From Octopus bimaculoides (taxonomy: Eukaryota), in the NCBI RefSeq assembly GCF_001194135.2, contig NC_068995.1, forward strand, positions 54,708,812 to 54,772,811: a stretch of DNA of 64,000 bases, written 5' to 3'. A program made the position numbers and the translations under genes. The notes beneath the pieces are model-generated. The model was not told the DNA's origin. It saw only the letters and a list, made by a program, of their open reading frames with translations, and did no database searches. Positions 13,570 to 24,420 of the stretch are shown piece after piece; position 1 is the stretch's first letter; every line of letters begins with the position of its first letter.

Positions 13570-13730
13570 ACACGTGTTTTTCTCCTTGTCTCCGTATTCT
13601 TTCTGTTGAAGAGCGTAGCTCGAAACGTCAAAGACTTTCCGTATTCCCGAGCGTCATACTAATATATACTTTTGTTATTTACACCACCTGTCCTCGTCTG
13701 TTGTTATTTTTTGTATATTCTCCTACATAT
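13570..13730 (+). mobile_element. Penelope-like terminal fragment with hammerhead-like motif
   Basis: TCTTT-CTGTTGA-A-GAGC-gta-GCTC-GAAAC-GTC-AAAGA at 13598-13634, followed by a T-rich 3' region. Penelope assignment is inferred from the motif. Confidence 0.55.
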
Positions 13731-13734
13731 AACA

Positions 13735-14092
13735 CGACTCCATCGGTCACGATTGACCATGGGCACACCTAGAAGATTCCCCCCCGGGGTATAAATCCGG
13801 GTGGTAAGTCGCCTCACCAGCGAACGCACAACCTAGAGTTGTTTTTATGGACGAACCGCATTCACCCATGCATACCAGCGTCGCCTCTCCACGCCTCGAT
13901 GTTATCTAAGGCAAAGTCCATGAAACAGCTTGGCACCAGTGACGTCGCAACTCATTTTTACAGCTGAGTGAGCTGGACCAACGTGAAATGAAGTGTTTTG
14001 CTCAAGAACACAACACAGAACCCGCTCCGGGAATGGAACTCATAACGTCACGATCGTAAGCTCGACGCGCTAACCGCTGAGACATGCACCTT
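13735..14092 (-). mobile_element. Near full-length tRNA-derived CORE-type SINE (type B1)
   Basis: Minus strand: A-box-like tgtctcagcggttag, B-box-like gagttccattccc, then tgtgttcttgagcaaaacacttcatttcacgttg shared with the copy at 58506. Confidence 0.85.
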
Positions 14093-14140
14093 TACACCTA
14101 TCTATCTATCTATATCTATACACACATACATATATGTATA

Positions 14141-14304
14141 GGCGCAGGTGTGGCTGTGTGGTTAGTAGTTAGCTTACAATTAACATGGTCCCGGTTTCAG
14201 TTTCACTGCGTGTTACCTTGGCCAAGTGTCTTCCACTATAGCGTCGAGCTAACAAAAACCTTGTGAATGTATTTGGTAGACGGAAACTGAAAGAAACCCG
14301 TTGT

Positions 14305-14305
<1 letters not shown>
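14141..14305 (+). mobile_element. tRNA-derived SINE head (type A), running into (TA)n(TG)n and a gap
   Basis: ggcgcaggtgtggctgtgtgg...ccttggccaagtgtctt...ggaaactgaaagaaacccg aligns to the 17568 head. Confidence 0.9.
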
Positions 14306-14400
<95 letters not shown>

Positions 14401-15069
14401 NNNNNNNNNNNNNNNNNNNNNNNNNNNNNNNNNNNNNNNNNNNNNNNNNNNNNNNNNNNNNNNNNNNNNNNNNNNNNNNNNNNNNNNNNNNNNNNNNNNN
14501 NNNNNNNNNNNNNNNNNNNNNNNNNNNNNNNNNNNNNNNNNNNNNNNNNNNNNNNNNNNNNNNNNNNNNNNNNNNNNNNNNNNNNNNNNNNNNNNNNNNN
14601 NNNNNNNNNNNNNNNNNNNNNNNNNNNNNNNNNNNNNNNNNNNNNNNNNNNNNNNNNNNNNNNNNNNNNNNNNNNNNNNNNNNNNNNNNNNNNNNNNNNN
14701 NNNNNNNNNNNNNNNNNNNNNNNNNNNNNNNNNNNNNNNNNNACACACACACACACACACACAACACATTTGTGGAGTAAATGATGGTCTAATTCGACTA
14801 ATCGACATGTAATACATCCGTTTGGAGGATTCCATGCCCTAACCTAGCGTGGGAAACTGGGGTGGGGAGTGTCATTTTTGAATCCACCGAAAAGCTGTCA
14901 GTGGATAAACTCGCCTTTGAGGCGGTCAGCGATGCGTGTAACACGACCCATCGTATGGTTAACAGTCAAATGAATGGAGGTGTAATGTAGACATTGTACG
15001 TAAATGGGTACATTCTGGAAATGGGCTGTAATGGGTGACGGTGACGGGGAAGTGAACTGTCGAAAGATG

Positions 15070-15536
15070 TTGAGGAGGAGCTGGTAGTGCTAGCAATCTT
15101 ACTTTACCGCCTGAGCAGCACATGCCACTAGTTTCATTTGGAAACTTGAAAGCTTTTCAGAAAAGACAATTTGAGTCTAGCTCACCAATTTGTACAGAAT
15201 TATCGTTTTTATAAGGCTGGGATGGATCATATCTGAAAGCAGCTCTTGATGTTGTGAAGAACGAATTTGCCTATGGTCTATTTCTGTTTAATATAGCGTG
15301 CTAAAGGTTGTTCTAATGACTCAGCATTAAGTATTGCAGCATGCCTTAGCTGATCTTGGGAAAATCTCATCTCCTTTCTCTCTTGAGACTCCATTTGACG
15401 TGCTGCAGCATGCATCTGCTGACTCTAAGAAAGCCTCATCTCCTTTCCCTGTTGAGATACACGCGTTCGGTTTTCAGCAGTCGTGCTCGCTTTATACGTT
15501 TTTCTGGAGAGAAACACGTCTTTTCTTTGGTAGCAT
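15070..15536 (-). mobile_element. Helitron Rep/Hel N-terminal remnant
   Basis: ATG at 15536 gives MLPKKRR. Then come two ~23-aa repeats (SQQGKEMRLS*SQQMHAAARQMESQERKEMRFSQDQLRHAA) and AAFRYDPSQPYKNDNSVQIGELDSNCLF*KAFKFPNETSGMCCSGGKVRL, the Helitron AFxYDP...C..C.A.KF..E..GMCC..GKV motif. Confidence 0.85.
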
Positions 15537-15584
15537 ATTTTTTCAATATTGTAAACAAAAAATTATGAATATTGAAAAAATATA

Positions 15585-15804
15585 TTGGGTTGTCCGGAAA
15601 GTTCATGCCGATTTTTAAAGGAAAAAAAAATCAATAAATACTTTTGTTACACAAAAAAAAATCAATAAATACTTTTGTCACACAATGGTCTCCATCTCTC
15701 CTTTAACATGAAAATAACCTCTTCCCAGAGCTGAAGTGGTTTCATGGCAAATAAGTCGAAAGTTAATATACTATAAATCGGCACGAACTTTCTGGACAAC
15801 CCAA
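15585..15804. mobile_element. Mariner-derived MITE, 220 bp
   Basis: 30-bp TIRs ttgggttgtcc(g/a)gaaagttc(a/g)tgccgattt with 2 mismatches, TA on both sides, and an internal ~31-bp tandem duplication. Confidence 0.92.
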
Positions 15805-16139
15805 TACATTAATCTGTATTTTTGTAAGCTGTTGTATGTATATAGTATGTCCGTATTTTTGTATGCAGTGTAAATTAACGAAACATAAGCAAATTAACGA
15901 AATAGCACATGTATGGAACTGATAATTTAACGGTAAATGCCACAATAATTATTACAGAGAGAAAAAGAATTTTATATTTTAACTTGCAACTGCTGCGATA
16001 ATTATTAACTTGTGATAGAACAGTAGATGTGTATTGTTTTAATGGAAATGAAAATAAAATATCTGTTGTCGACTGAGTATATAACTCAAGCAACACACAG
16101 CAAAGAGAAAGAGACAAAAATAAAATAACACGTGTTAAT

Positions 16140-16322
16140 TTTTTTTCTAAAAACGTTCAATGACGTTAACTGGAGTTTGGGGTTCGAGTAGACGTAATTC
16201 CACCTTTTCATTTCTCATTACCATTCCTTTCATTCGATTTTATTTCCCCCCTACTTTTATGTTTTATCTGTCCCTGCGCTGTCCCCTCTGTGTTTCGACC
16301 CTGTGTGGTTAATAAAAAAAAA
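16140..16322 (+). mobile_element. Probable retroposon 3' end
   Basis: Ends tgtcccctctgtgtttcgaccctgtgtggttAATAAAAAAAA; family not identified. Confidence 0.3.
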
Positions 16323-17151
16323 TCAAGTTGTCAGGTATGTAAAGGTATGTGTAGATGTGTGTGTGTGTGTTGACACTGGCCAGCCCGCACTTCACGCATG
16401 TCAGTCGGCAATACTTAAACAGTGGAGGAGATATTATGTTGCTGTGGGCTCGAACTATGCAAGAAGTTAAAAGCAATATCAAAACTGATTTCTTCCTCCG
16501 AATAGAGATACACGATATTCAGTCTGATGACCGGTAAAATAGTAGATCCCCATTCAGAATTATCGAGCAAAATTATGCTGCATGTTAGCTGAAGAATCTA
16601 CAACTTTTGCCACAAATGATATCCATACGTTATGTTCCTTAACTTTTCTTTATTCAAAGCTTGGATTGTGTAGTAGTTGTTAAGAGATTAAATAAGTATT
16701 AGCCAAGAGAGTTTGCATTTAAATGTTCGATTTCTCTCGCTCCAATTGTAGACTTCAAATCTAGATAAGACGGGCATTCGATTCTCTCCTTCGTGAAGCA
16801 TGTCTATGGCGTAACTTCCACTAATATAATGCAATAGAAGTAACCGAATATAGCCAGAATAAGCAATTACGAATTGCAAATAGTGGCGTTATGTGAACGC
16901 AATGTGTTATATTGCATTATAATCAGATCTGACTCGTTTATATTATAATTTGTGTGCGTATGTATGTGTGTATTACCACTGTTAGCAATTGGAATAACAG
17001 CAATAGAAATTGCAGATGTAAGAGCTGCAAGAACAGTACCAGCAACGTATAAAAGAACCAGTAGCAAAGTAAATATCACCTAAGCTACAATAATAAAAGT
17101 AAAGCGTGGTGTTACATATAGGTTAAGAACAAATAGTGGCAAAAGAAATAA

Positions 17152-17360
17152 TTCTTTTATTCTTTTATTTGTTTCAGTCATTTGACTGCGGCCATGCTGG
17201 AGCACCACCTTTAGTCGAGCAAATCGACCCCGGGACTTATTCTTTGTAAGTCTAGTACTTATTCTATCAGTCACTTTTGCGGAACCGCTAAGTGACGGGG
17301 ACATAAACACACCAGCATCGGTTGTCAAGCAATGCTAGGAGGACAAAGACAGACACACAA

Positions 17361-17397
<37 letters not shown>

Positions 17398-17568
17398 CAT
17401 ATATACGACGAGCTTCTTTCAGTTTCCGTCTACCAAATCCACTCACAAGGCTTTGGTCGGCCCGAGGCTATAGTAGAAGACACTTGCCCAAGATGCCACG
17501 CAGTGGGACTGAACCCGGAACCATGTGGTTGGTAAGCAAGCTACTTACCACACAGCCACTCCTGCGCC
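17152..17568 (-). mobile_element. Full-length composite SINE: tRNA head + CORE-like domain + internal microsatellite + 3' tail
   Basis: Head at 17568-17405 with B-box-like gggttcagtccc, internal (CA)n(TA)n at ~17352-17404, tail ending in (AATAAAAG) repeats. Both halves have several paralogues in this window. Confidence 0.95.
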
Positions 17569-17610
17569 CGATTAAATAAATATATAAATAATAAAAATTA
17601 ATGCTTGAAA

Positions 17611-17770
17611 TCCTGGCACGAGGCCGGCAATGTTGGTAGGAGGACCGTAGATGAATATATAAACTGGAATGGTACGTTTTGTTTTCTTCGAAGGATGAAA
17701 AGTGAAGTCAAACTCGACGGAATTTGGACTCATGACGTAATGGAGAAAAAGCCCTGCTAGCTCACGGCCT
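17611..17770 (-). mobile_element. Degenerate type C SINE
   Basis: cttcgaaggatgaaaagtgaagtcaaactcgacggaatttggactcatgacgtaa is a decayed match to 28600-28660. Confidence 0.6.
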
Positions 17771-17772
17771 GA

Positions 17773-17773
17773 T

Positions 17774-17833
<60 letters not shown>

Positions 17834-18166
17834 AACTACTACTACTGCTGATACAGTTACTGCTGCTGCTGAAAAGCCCTGCCAGATCAAGGCCTGACTA
17901 TCACCACGACCATGACCGCGACTACGACCACGACCATGACGACGACGGCCACCACCACCACTACCGATACTACTACGGCTGCTGCTGCTGCTGTTGCTGT
18001 TGCTGCTGGTATAATAATAGAAGAAGCAGAAGAAAAAGAAGAGAAAAAAGAAAAGAAGAGGAGCAAGAACAGCAACAACATCCATTACGACAACAAAAAC
18101 ATGAATAATTATAAGAATAATAATGATGATGGCGATGAAGACGAAGAAGAAAAAAAAGAAGACGAA

Positions 18167-18204
<38 letters not shown>

Positions 18205-18790
18205 GGATGATGCATATATGAACAGCAGAAATGGTGTATTCAATGACAAGTATATAGATGTGGTAACAATAACAGCTGCATCTTTGTAATAACTAATGTA
18301 AAAAAGAAAAAAAAAGTACATGAAGAAATGTGTGATAATAATCTTTGCATCCATATAATCATGAGTGAAATCACACTAATCGCTGCAGCATTTAAGTGGC
18401 AAAAGAATAAGAGTGGCAGCAGTCGTGGGAGGGAATACAACAACAAAAAGGATATTATTTTCAACACATGAAGTGGGAAACATTGTGAAGTAAAAAAAGA
18501 AAAAGCAGCAGAAACGACAGTTTCAGAAGAAACAGCAGTAACAACACCAGTATCAGCAGTAAGAACACTAGCAGCAGCAGCAGCAGCAGCAGATGGAAAT
18601 GCTTCTTTCGCGACAACTACTACAATAAACAAACATGGGAAATGGTGTATAATCTTTTGTTCACTGTAGCAGGAGAACATTATCTAAATTACCTACTACA
18701 ATATCAGTAGCAGGAGTACAATAACAGTGTCGATGTTAGCAATAGCAGCTATAGTACTAGTAATCATTAGTGCTTGGTATAGTTGCAGCA
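17773..18790. repeat. Compound trinucleotide low-complexity tract (ACT, ACC/ACG, GCT, GAA, GAT, GCA)
   Basis: Successive pure and degenerate triplet runs are directly visible; they generate the poly-T/V/D/H/S ORFs in the track. Confidence 0.95.
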
Positions 18791-19008
18791 GCAGCAAATT
18801 ATATAGAACAGTACAAGGAATAATGTCACCAAAATCCAAAACAGCGTGAAGCAGCTGACAGAATCGATAAAATACTGATCTAACTATCGAAGGGTCGATG
18901 TGATATATACAGTTAATCGGCTTTGTTCTGTAACCCAAACATATAAACAAATGTGTGTGTTTGTGTGTGTGTGTGTGTGTGTGTATGTGTGTGTGTTTGT
19001 GTATGTGT

Positions 19009-19052
<44 letters not shown>

Positions 19053-19099
19053 TGGCAAATTTCCCCTTACTGTAAATAGGTTCACAAAATAATTAATCT

Positions 19100-20130
19100 G
19101 TAACCATCAAGGACATTATCAATGACGGCTATTAAGATGGTCCGTGGTGCAACGATCAGTCTTATTGTAGGGAGAATGAGAGATAATATGAAAGAGGAGT
19201 ATAGATTCCGTTTAATGGTGCCATATGTTAGTGATTTCTAAAGTATAGCCATTCAAAGAAGTATTATAACAGGGTAGAAAATATTTTAAACAAAATGTCA
19301 ACGCTTAATGTTTCCAAACTGTTAAGATTAAAGGGTCAATGCGCGGATTATCAAGGGATTAACTTTTTTTTAATAATGTATATGTTTTGGTGTTAGAGGC
19401 ACCACAATCAGTTCTAAAAGGAATATAAGAACAAAAATGTGTAATACTTGAAATAAGAGAAACCCTTCATAACAGGTAATTATTCTGTTAGCGTTTCAAG
19501 CGTACTCTTCACTACGTTTCTGATGACTTGCACAAATAATTATTATTGATCTGCTAATATCAAATGTTATAGAAGTGCAATAATACATCGGCACCGGGGG
19601 CGTTAAAGGCAGCATGTATAAAGTGTAATTGTCTTTTTTAAAGGAATAATGTTAGTATTCTATGTATTGTATTATTATTTATTCCAAGTGAGGACTCGCC
19701 ATAATTCAATGGTTAACAAATAATTATAATTTTGGAAAGGCTCCCTTAGGTCATTATACCATACTGCACACGGTTACAGGATTGGCAATATAATACAATT
19801 ACTTACTCTTGAAACATCAAACACAATACCCACAGTTATTCATATCATAGTCTTAGGTAAAAGCGATTGCAGTTTTATGAATATGGGAATGGGTATTGCT
19901 CATCATTAACTTTCTATATACACAGATACTTTTTATATCAGGGAGTATATGAAACAGTTTGATATTCGAGTTTGCTGCGAGAACATTAGTGTTATAAAGA
20001 AAATGAATGCTGGTCAACACGCCGCGGTCTCTATTGGATCGCGTGTATCTCATAATCTAACGTTTGATGACACACATAATGTATTCCAGGTCATTATACA
20101 CATCGTAATCCTGTAAAACCAACTTCTCTG
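19100..20130 (-). mobile_element. Highly degenerate CR1/L2/Jockey-group LINE (AP endonuclease to RT)
   Basis: Minus-strand peptides occur in the expected order: YTRSNRDRGVLTSIH and SICVYR (APE), then APGADVLLHFYN (cf. APGPDG..FY) and VAPRTILIAVIDN (weak match to GVPQG...IND). Confidence 0.45.
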
Positions 20131-21474
20131 ATAATAGCCTTTTATCTAGTGTTGAGCGAATTATTGTTTATTGCTGTAACCATATGTCGTACTAAAAGGT
20201 ATTTTGTACACAGGGTAATATGGATCAACTTAAGTTAAGCAATTCGACTGAGACAATGTGTGAATATATAACGCAGACTATGGAACAGCAGTATAGTTCA
20301 CACAAAAGCGTGAACAGTGAACTTACGCCATAAAATCAGGAATTCACTTATTCTCACAAAACAAGTTTATAACTTAGTCCCAGTTAAAACGTTTCGGTAG
20401 CCCTCTTAGACATTGATAAGATTGCAAAATTGTTTGCTCAATACAGTTTTGTTTTTCGGGGCAGAAGTTAGGAAAAATGCCCCTGGCATTCCATGCAATG
20501 GCAGTGTTGTTAGTACTCTTAGTATGCTTCTCTTTATTTGTGACTCAACATCTCCTGGAAATATATCAGTGCTCAAAGCAGCGACACTACCATTCCGTTA
20601 TGTGTTTCATTTAAACGTTCAATTTCTCACGCTTTAATTGTAGACTATCAATAATTTTTGGGGTGATGAAATATGTTCTAGTTTCGAAATGAAGAGTTAG
20701 TCAATGGGAAGCGATACTTTCCGTATGGATTTGCTTCATGAAGGAACTGTACAACGATATTGAGAACTCTTAAACTTTAGCGAACGTAGATGGACAAGGG
20801 ATTTCAGCGAAAATGTAAGTGTATGGAATCCAAAGAAAGGAAACCGTTCTTGGTTGAGAGAATTATTGCATGCATTGGAGACGGAGAATTTGTTAGATGT
20901 AGTGCGTTTGTGAGTGAGTATTCCTACGACAATCGAACATTTTGTCGATGTGCATTTGTTCTTCGAAACAATATGGCATAATATTAATAGATAAGAATAA
21001 GGCTGGATATTTGTAAAATAAAACGTTTAGAACTAAGACGCAAGGGAAAAATGCTTCCTATTAAGTTACAGACAAGTCGCCATGGAACGTCTTCTAAACT
21101 ATGTGATATGAATATACGTATAACGCAAGGAGTGCCTGTGTGAATGGCTGTGTTCCTACGTCTGTGCATGTGTACGTAAGATTGTGGGCTGAAAAGTACA
21201 TATATATATACATACATACATATATATNNNNNNNNNNNNNNNNNNNNNNNNNNNNNNNNNNNNNNNNNNNNNNNNNNNNNNNNNNNNNNNNNNNNNNNNN
21301 NNNNNNNNNNNNNNNNNNNNNNNNNNNNNNNNNNNNNNNNNNNNNNNNNNNNNNNNNNNNNNNNNNNNNNNNNNNNNNNNNNNNNNNNNNNNNNNNNNNN
21401 NNNNNNNNNNNNNNNNNNNNNNNNNNNNNNNNNNNNNNNNNNNNNNNNGTGTGTGTGCATGTGTGTGTATGTGC

Positions 21475-21511
<37 letters not shown>

Positions 21512-22952
21512 TGTCTGTGTCTGTGTCTGTATGTATGTAAATGTTTGGTTCGTTATTTTGAAGTCGCCTCCAGGTTCTACAAATGTACTTGAAGTTAACT
21601 CTTCTGAATCTACTGAAGCTCTTTTTTCTTCTTCTTAATATTTGATGTTTGATAATACTGAGTAAGCTAACCTCAATTGAACTTCTTAAAAACCATCATC
21701 ATTACGATCAAACATACACCTTCAAAGACTGCTCTTTTGACGTTTTTTTTTTTAGATTGATCTCGCATGTTCAAACAACATTTTAATTTTTTCACTGGTC
21801 GCACTGAATTGACAATTTATATGTTATTTGAATAAGAGATGCATGTGATGTTGGTTCTAGAGCGTTAGTTACCATAAGAGAAAAAATGCACGTATTCTGA
21901 AACTAGTGTATGTCTAATGCTATTCAAGGTTCAAAGGTTGATTTGATATTCCATAGCAAATATTCTTACTATACTTCATTGATTTCAAAGGTATCTGGAG
22001 AATTTATATTTTTTCCCGGGCGAGTTATTTGTGAATAATCAAAGACTCTCTGATATATACGTAATTTTACTGAACATTAACTCGTAGCTTTTGAACTTGT
22101 TGGCCTATTTACTACGTCTTGAACCCTTATAGCAAATATTCGAAAATACCTTCAACTAATATTAACTGAAGTGAATAGAGAAATTAAGTAAACGCTAATG
22201 TGATATTCCCAGCTTAAACATAAATCTATAGATCGGAATTTGTGTTGGGTTTTAAAGTTATTAGTGGAAATGATATATAATTTTTATGCGAAATATATCG
22301 ATGGGTGAATGAACAGAAGTATAAGTTAGGTAACCATGATTGTACTTAATGCTAACGTTTAACTTCCATATTGAGTATCATGCTATATTGATTCTCTTAT
22401 TCCACTGAGATTCTTGATATTGGTCCCCAATAAAAAAAATAGGTCCACATTTTTATCCTAACGTGCACTTTTATGATTCTCGTCCTATGGATGGTAATCA
22501 ATGATAGAAGTAGGAGATAACAACTGAACGTATATTGATGTTAAAAAATATTGATTGATACATTGTGGAAAATAATCAGTTGTACATTACAATATCTATA
22601 TTCATAATATTCATTAGAAATTTTAATGAGAAAAAAATAATGAGCTTCACGCATGTTTTATATTCGCCCACTAGTTTCCATTAGCAGCACTTATTTGTTT
22701 TGCGGCGTTGCTTTGGAACTCAGTCGCAAAATTAATTACACCATTTCCAAAGGTGCTAGAACATTTACCTCTTGCAAATCAGAGCCTCATTGCGTGTCAA
22801 GATTATGCTTTACTTGAAAAATAAATAGTTCCGTTAAAAAAGAAATCCGATAAAGTGATATTCTGTTCGTCAATGAAAATAAGAAGTAGTTTTGCATACA
22901 CCTATGGATGCACGTAAAGATGTACATATACCCGCATATACACACACATTCA

Positions 22953-22988
<36 letters not shown>

Positions 22989-23139
22989 TATAGATATATA
23001 ATACTGTCCAACGAACGGGAACGTGAAACTCTGAGTAACAGTTTTTGTGATACTATTCAAACAAATTAAATGGATTATCTTCATTTCGGGTAACTGTGGA
23101 GCAAAAATTGCTGGCAGCAGAAATGAAAACACATGCAAA

Positions 23140-23850
23140 CATTTTTGCCATATGCGGGGAGCATAGCGATTGAGAAATAGCTAGCTTTCTAAATGTTGCA
23201 ATGGATTTTGTATGCGAATTTCAGATAGAATTGAAAGACTCAGGAAGAATATTTTAATGTCATCAGAGAGAAGAAAGAAACAATCTAAATGCTCGGACGC
23301 GATTCATCGAACGGATTAAACACGTTATCGATGAGTATTCCGGGAAATCAATGGGGGTCACCATCACCAAAGAATTTCAAGTGTCAGAATGGATTATCAG
23401 AACTGTGGTGCACAACAACAATCAAAAGAAATATCTACTGAGGTGAAGACAATTCATATCTGTAAAGCAACAGAGAAACCGTTGGATCCACGCTAAGCAG
23501 TCATTTCAGGTTAAAACTGTCACGAACATGACATGCTTCGTTTCTTCTTTTCTCTGATTAGAAAACATCATCCGTAACACTCTGTCATTTCTCCTGTTAG
23601 ATCTAACAACCAACAAGAGAAATGACAGATTGTTATGTCCCCAGAGTGACGTACACAACATTTCTGGCAACCATGATGGTTTCAATAGTTGTAAGGAAGA
23701 ACTTGGCATGACATGACACATCATTCCGCAGGGTCTTAGAATGAAGTCTGTTCGATAAGTCATGTGCTGCAGATGTGGATATATATGTGTTGCAAAAAAA
23801 TTCAGCACCTTCTCACAAGGCCCAACAGACAACAATTAGAATAATCTAAC
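23140..23850 (+). mobile_element. Tc1/maT-like transposase remnant
   Basis: Frameshifted peptides EIASFLNVA, IDEYSGKSMG, VSEWIIRTVV, FFSD*K, NKRNDRLL, PQGLRM and LQKNSAPSHKAQQT follow the DD37D-type transposase order. Confidence 0.75.
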
Positions 23851-23989
23851 AAGAAAGTTGTGTCTTTGAAACTCACAGAATTAAAATTTCATAGTTTACT
23901 AACTTTTTCTCGTTGTTGAAAGAGGCAAATCGACGCCTTCATATTATGATGTTTTCACTGAAGGTCATTCTTATATGCTTGATATGAAG

Positions 23990-24420
23990 AAGTTACATTC
24001 ACTGCGTTCATGTCAAAATAATCTTAGAAAGTTTGTCGGGAACACCGCTTCTAAGATTTGTTTTCAAAGGTGATGGAAGTAGAGAATACAGATGAATTTA
24101 AGGATCTGTGAAAGAAATAATATTCATTTTAATGTTATGAAGGGCATGTCACTAACTATGCTAGAAAAAGAAAGATGAGAAAAGGAGGATAATGAAGCTA
24201 ACGATTAATTAGGGGTCAGAAAGAAGGTTTATTCAATGATCAAAACGAAAGTTTGGTTTTTCGAACTATGAAACATTTTCTTAAGCACTAAGAAAGGGAC
24301 ATTATTGGAGACATTCGTGCGTCACTGATGCTATATGAAAATGAAAACACAATCTGAAGATGTCTTCCTAGGATGAGAGAAAGATCTCCGAATTCTTGTA
24401 TTAATGTGTAGCTTTCGCAT
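23990..24420 (+). mobile_element. Possible very old RTE-like LINE 3' remnant
   Basis: Weak peptide resemblance only (VRKKVYSMIKTKVWFSNYETF, cf. Y..LVK..LLY.CETW). Confidence 0.3.

Noticed and set aside
14848-14866. Potential G-quadruplexes here and at ~28537
   Set aside because: Only three G-tracts each.
16867-17079. Hydrophobic TM-like ORF with AG/GT boundaries on the minus strand
   Set aside because: The sequence is a degenerate GCT/ACT/ATT triplet tract like 18500-18790, which explains the composition.
21952-22141. 13-bp direct repeat atagcaaatattc about 177 bp apart
   Set aside because: AT-rich, and the enclosed sequence has no element features; plausible by chance.
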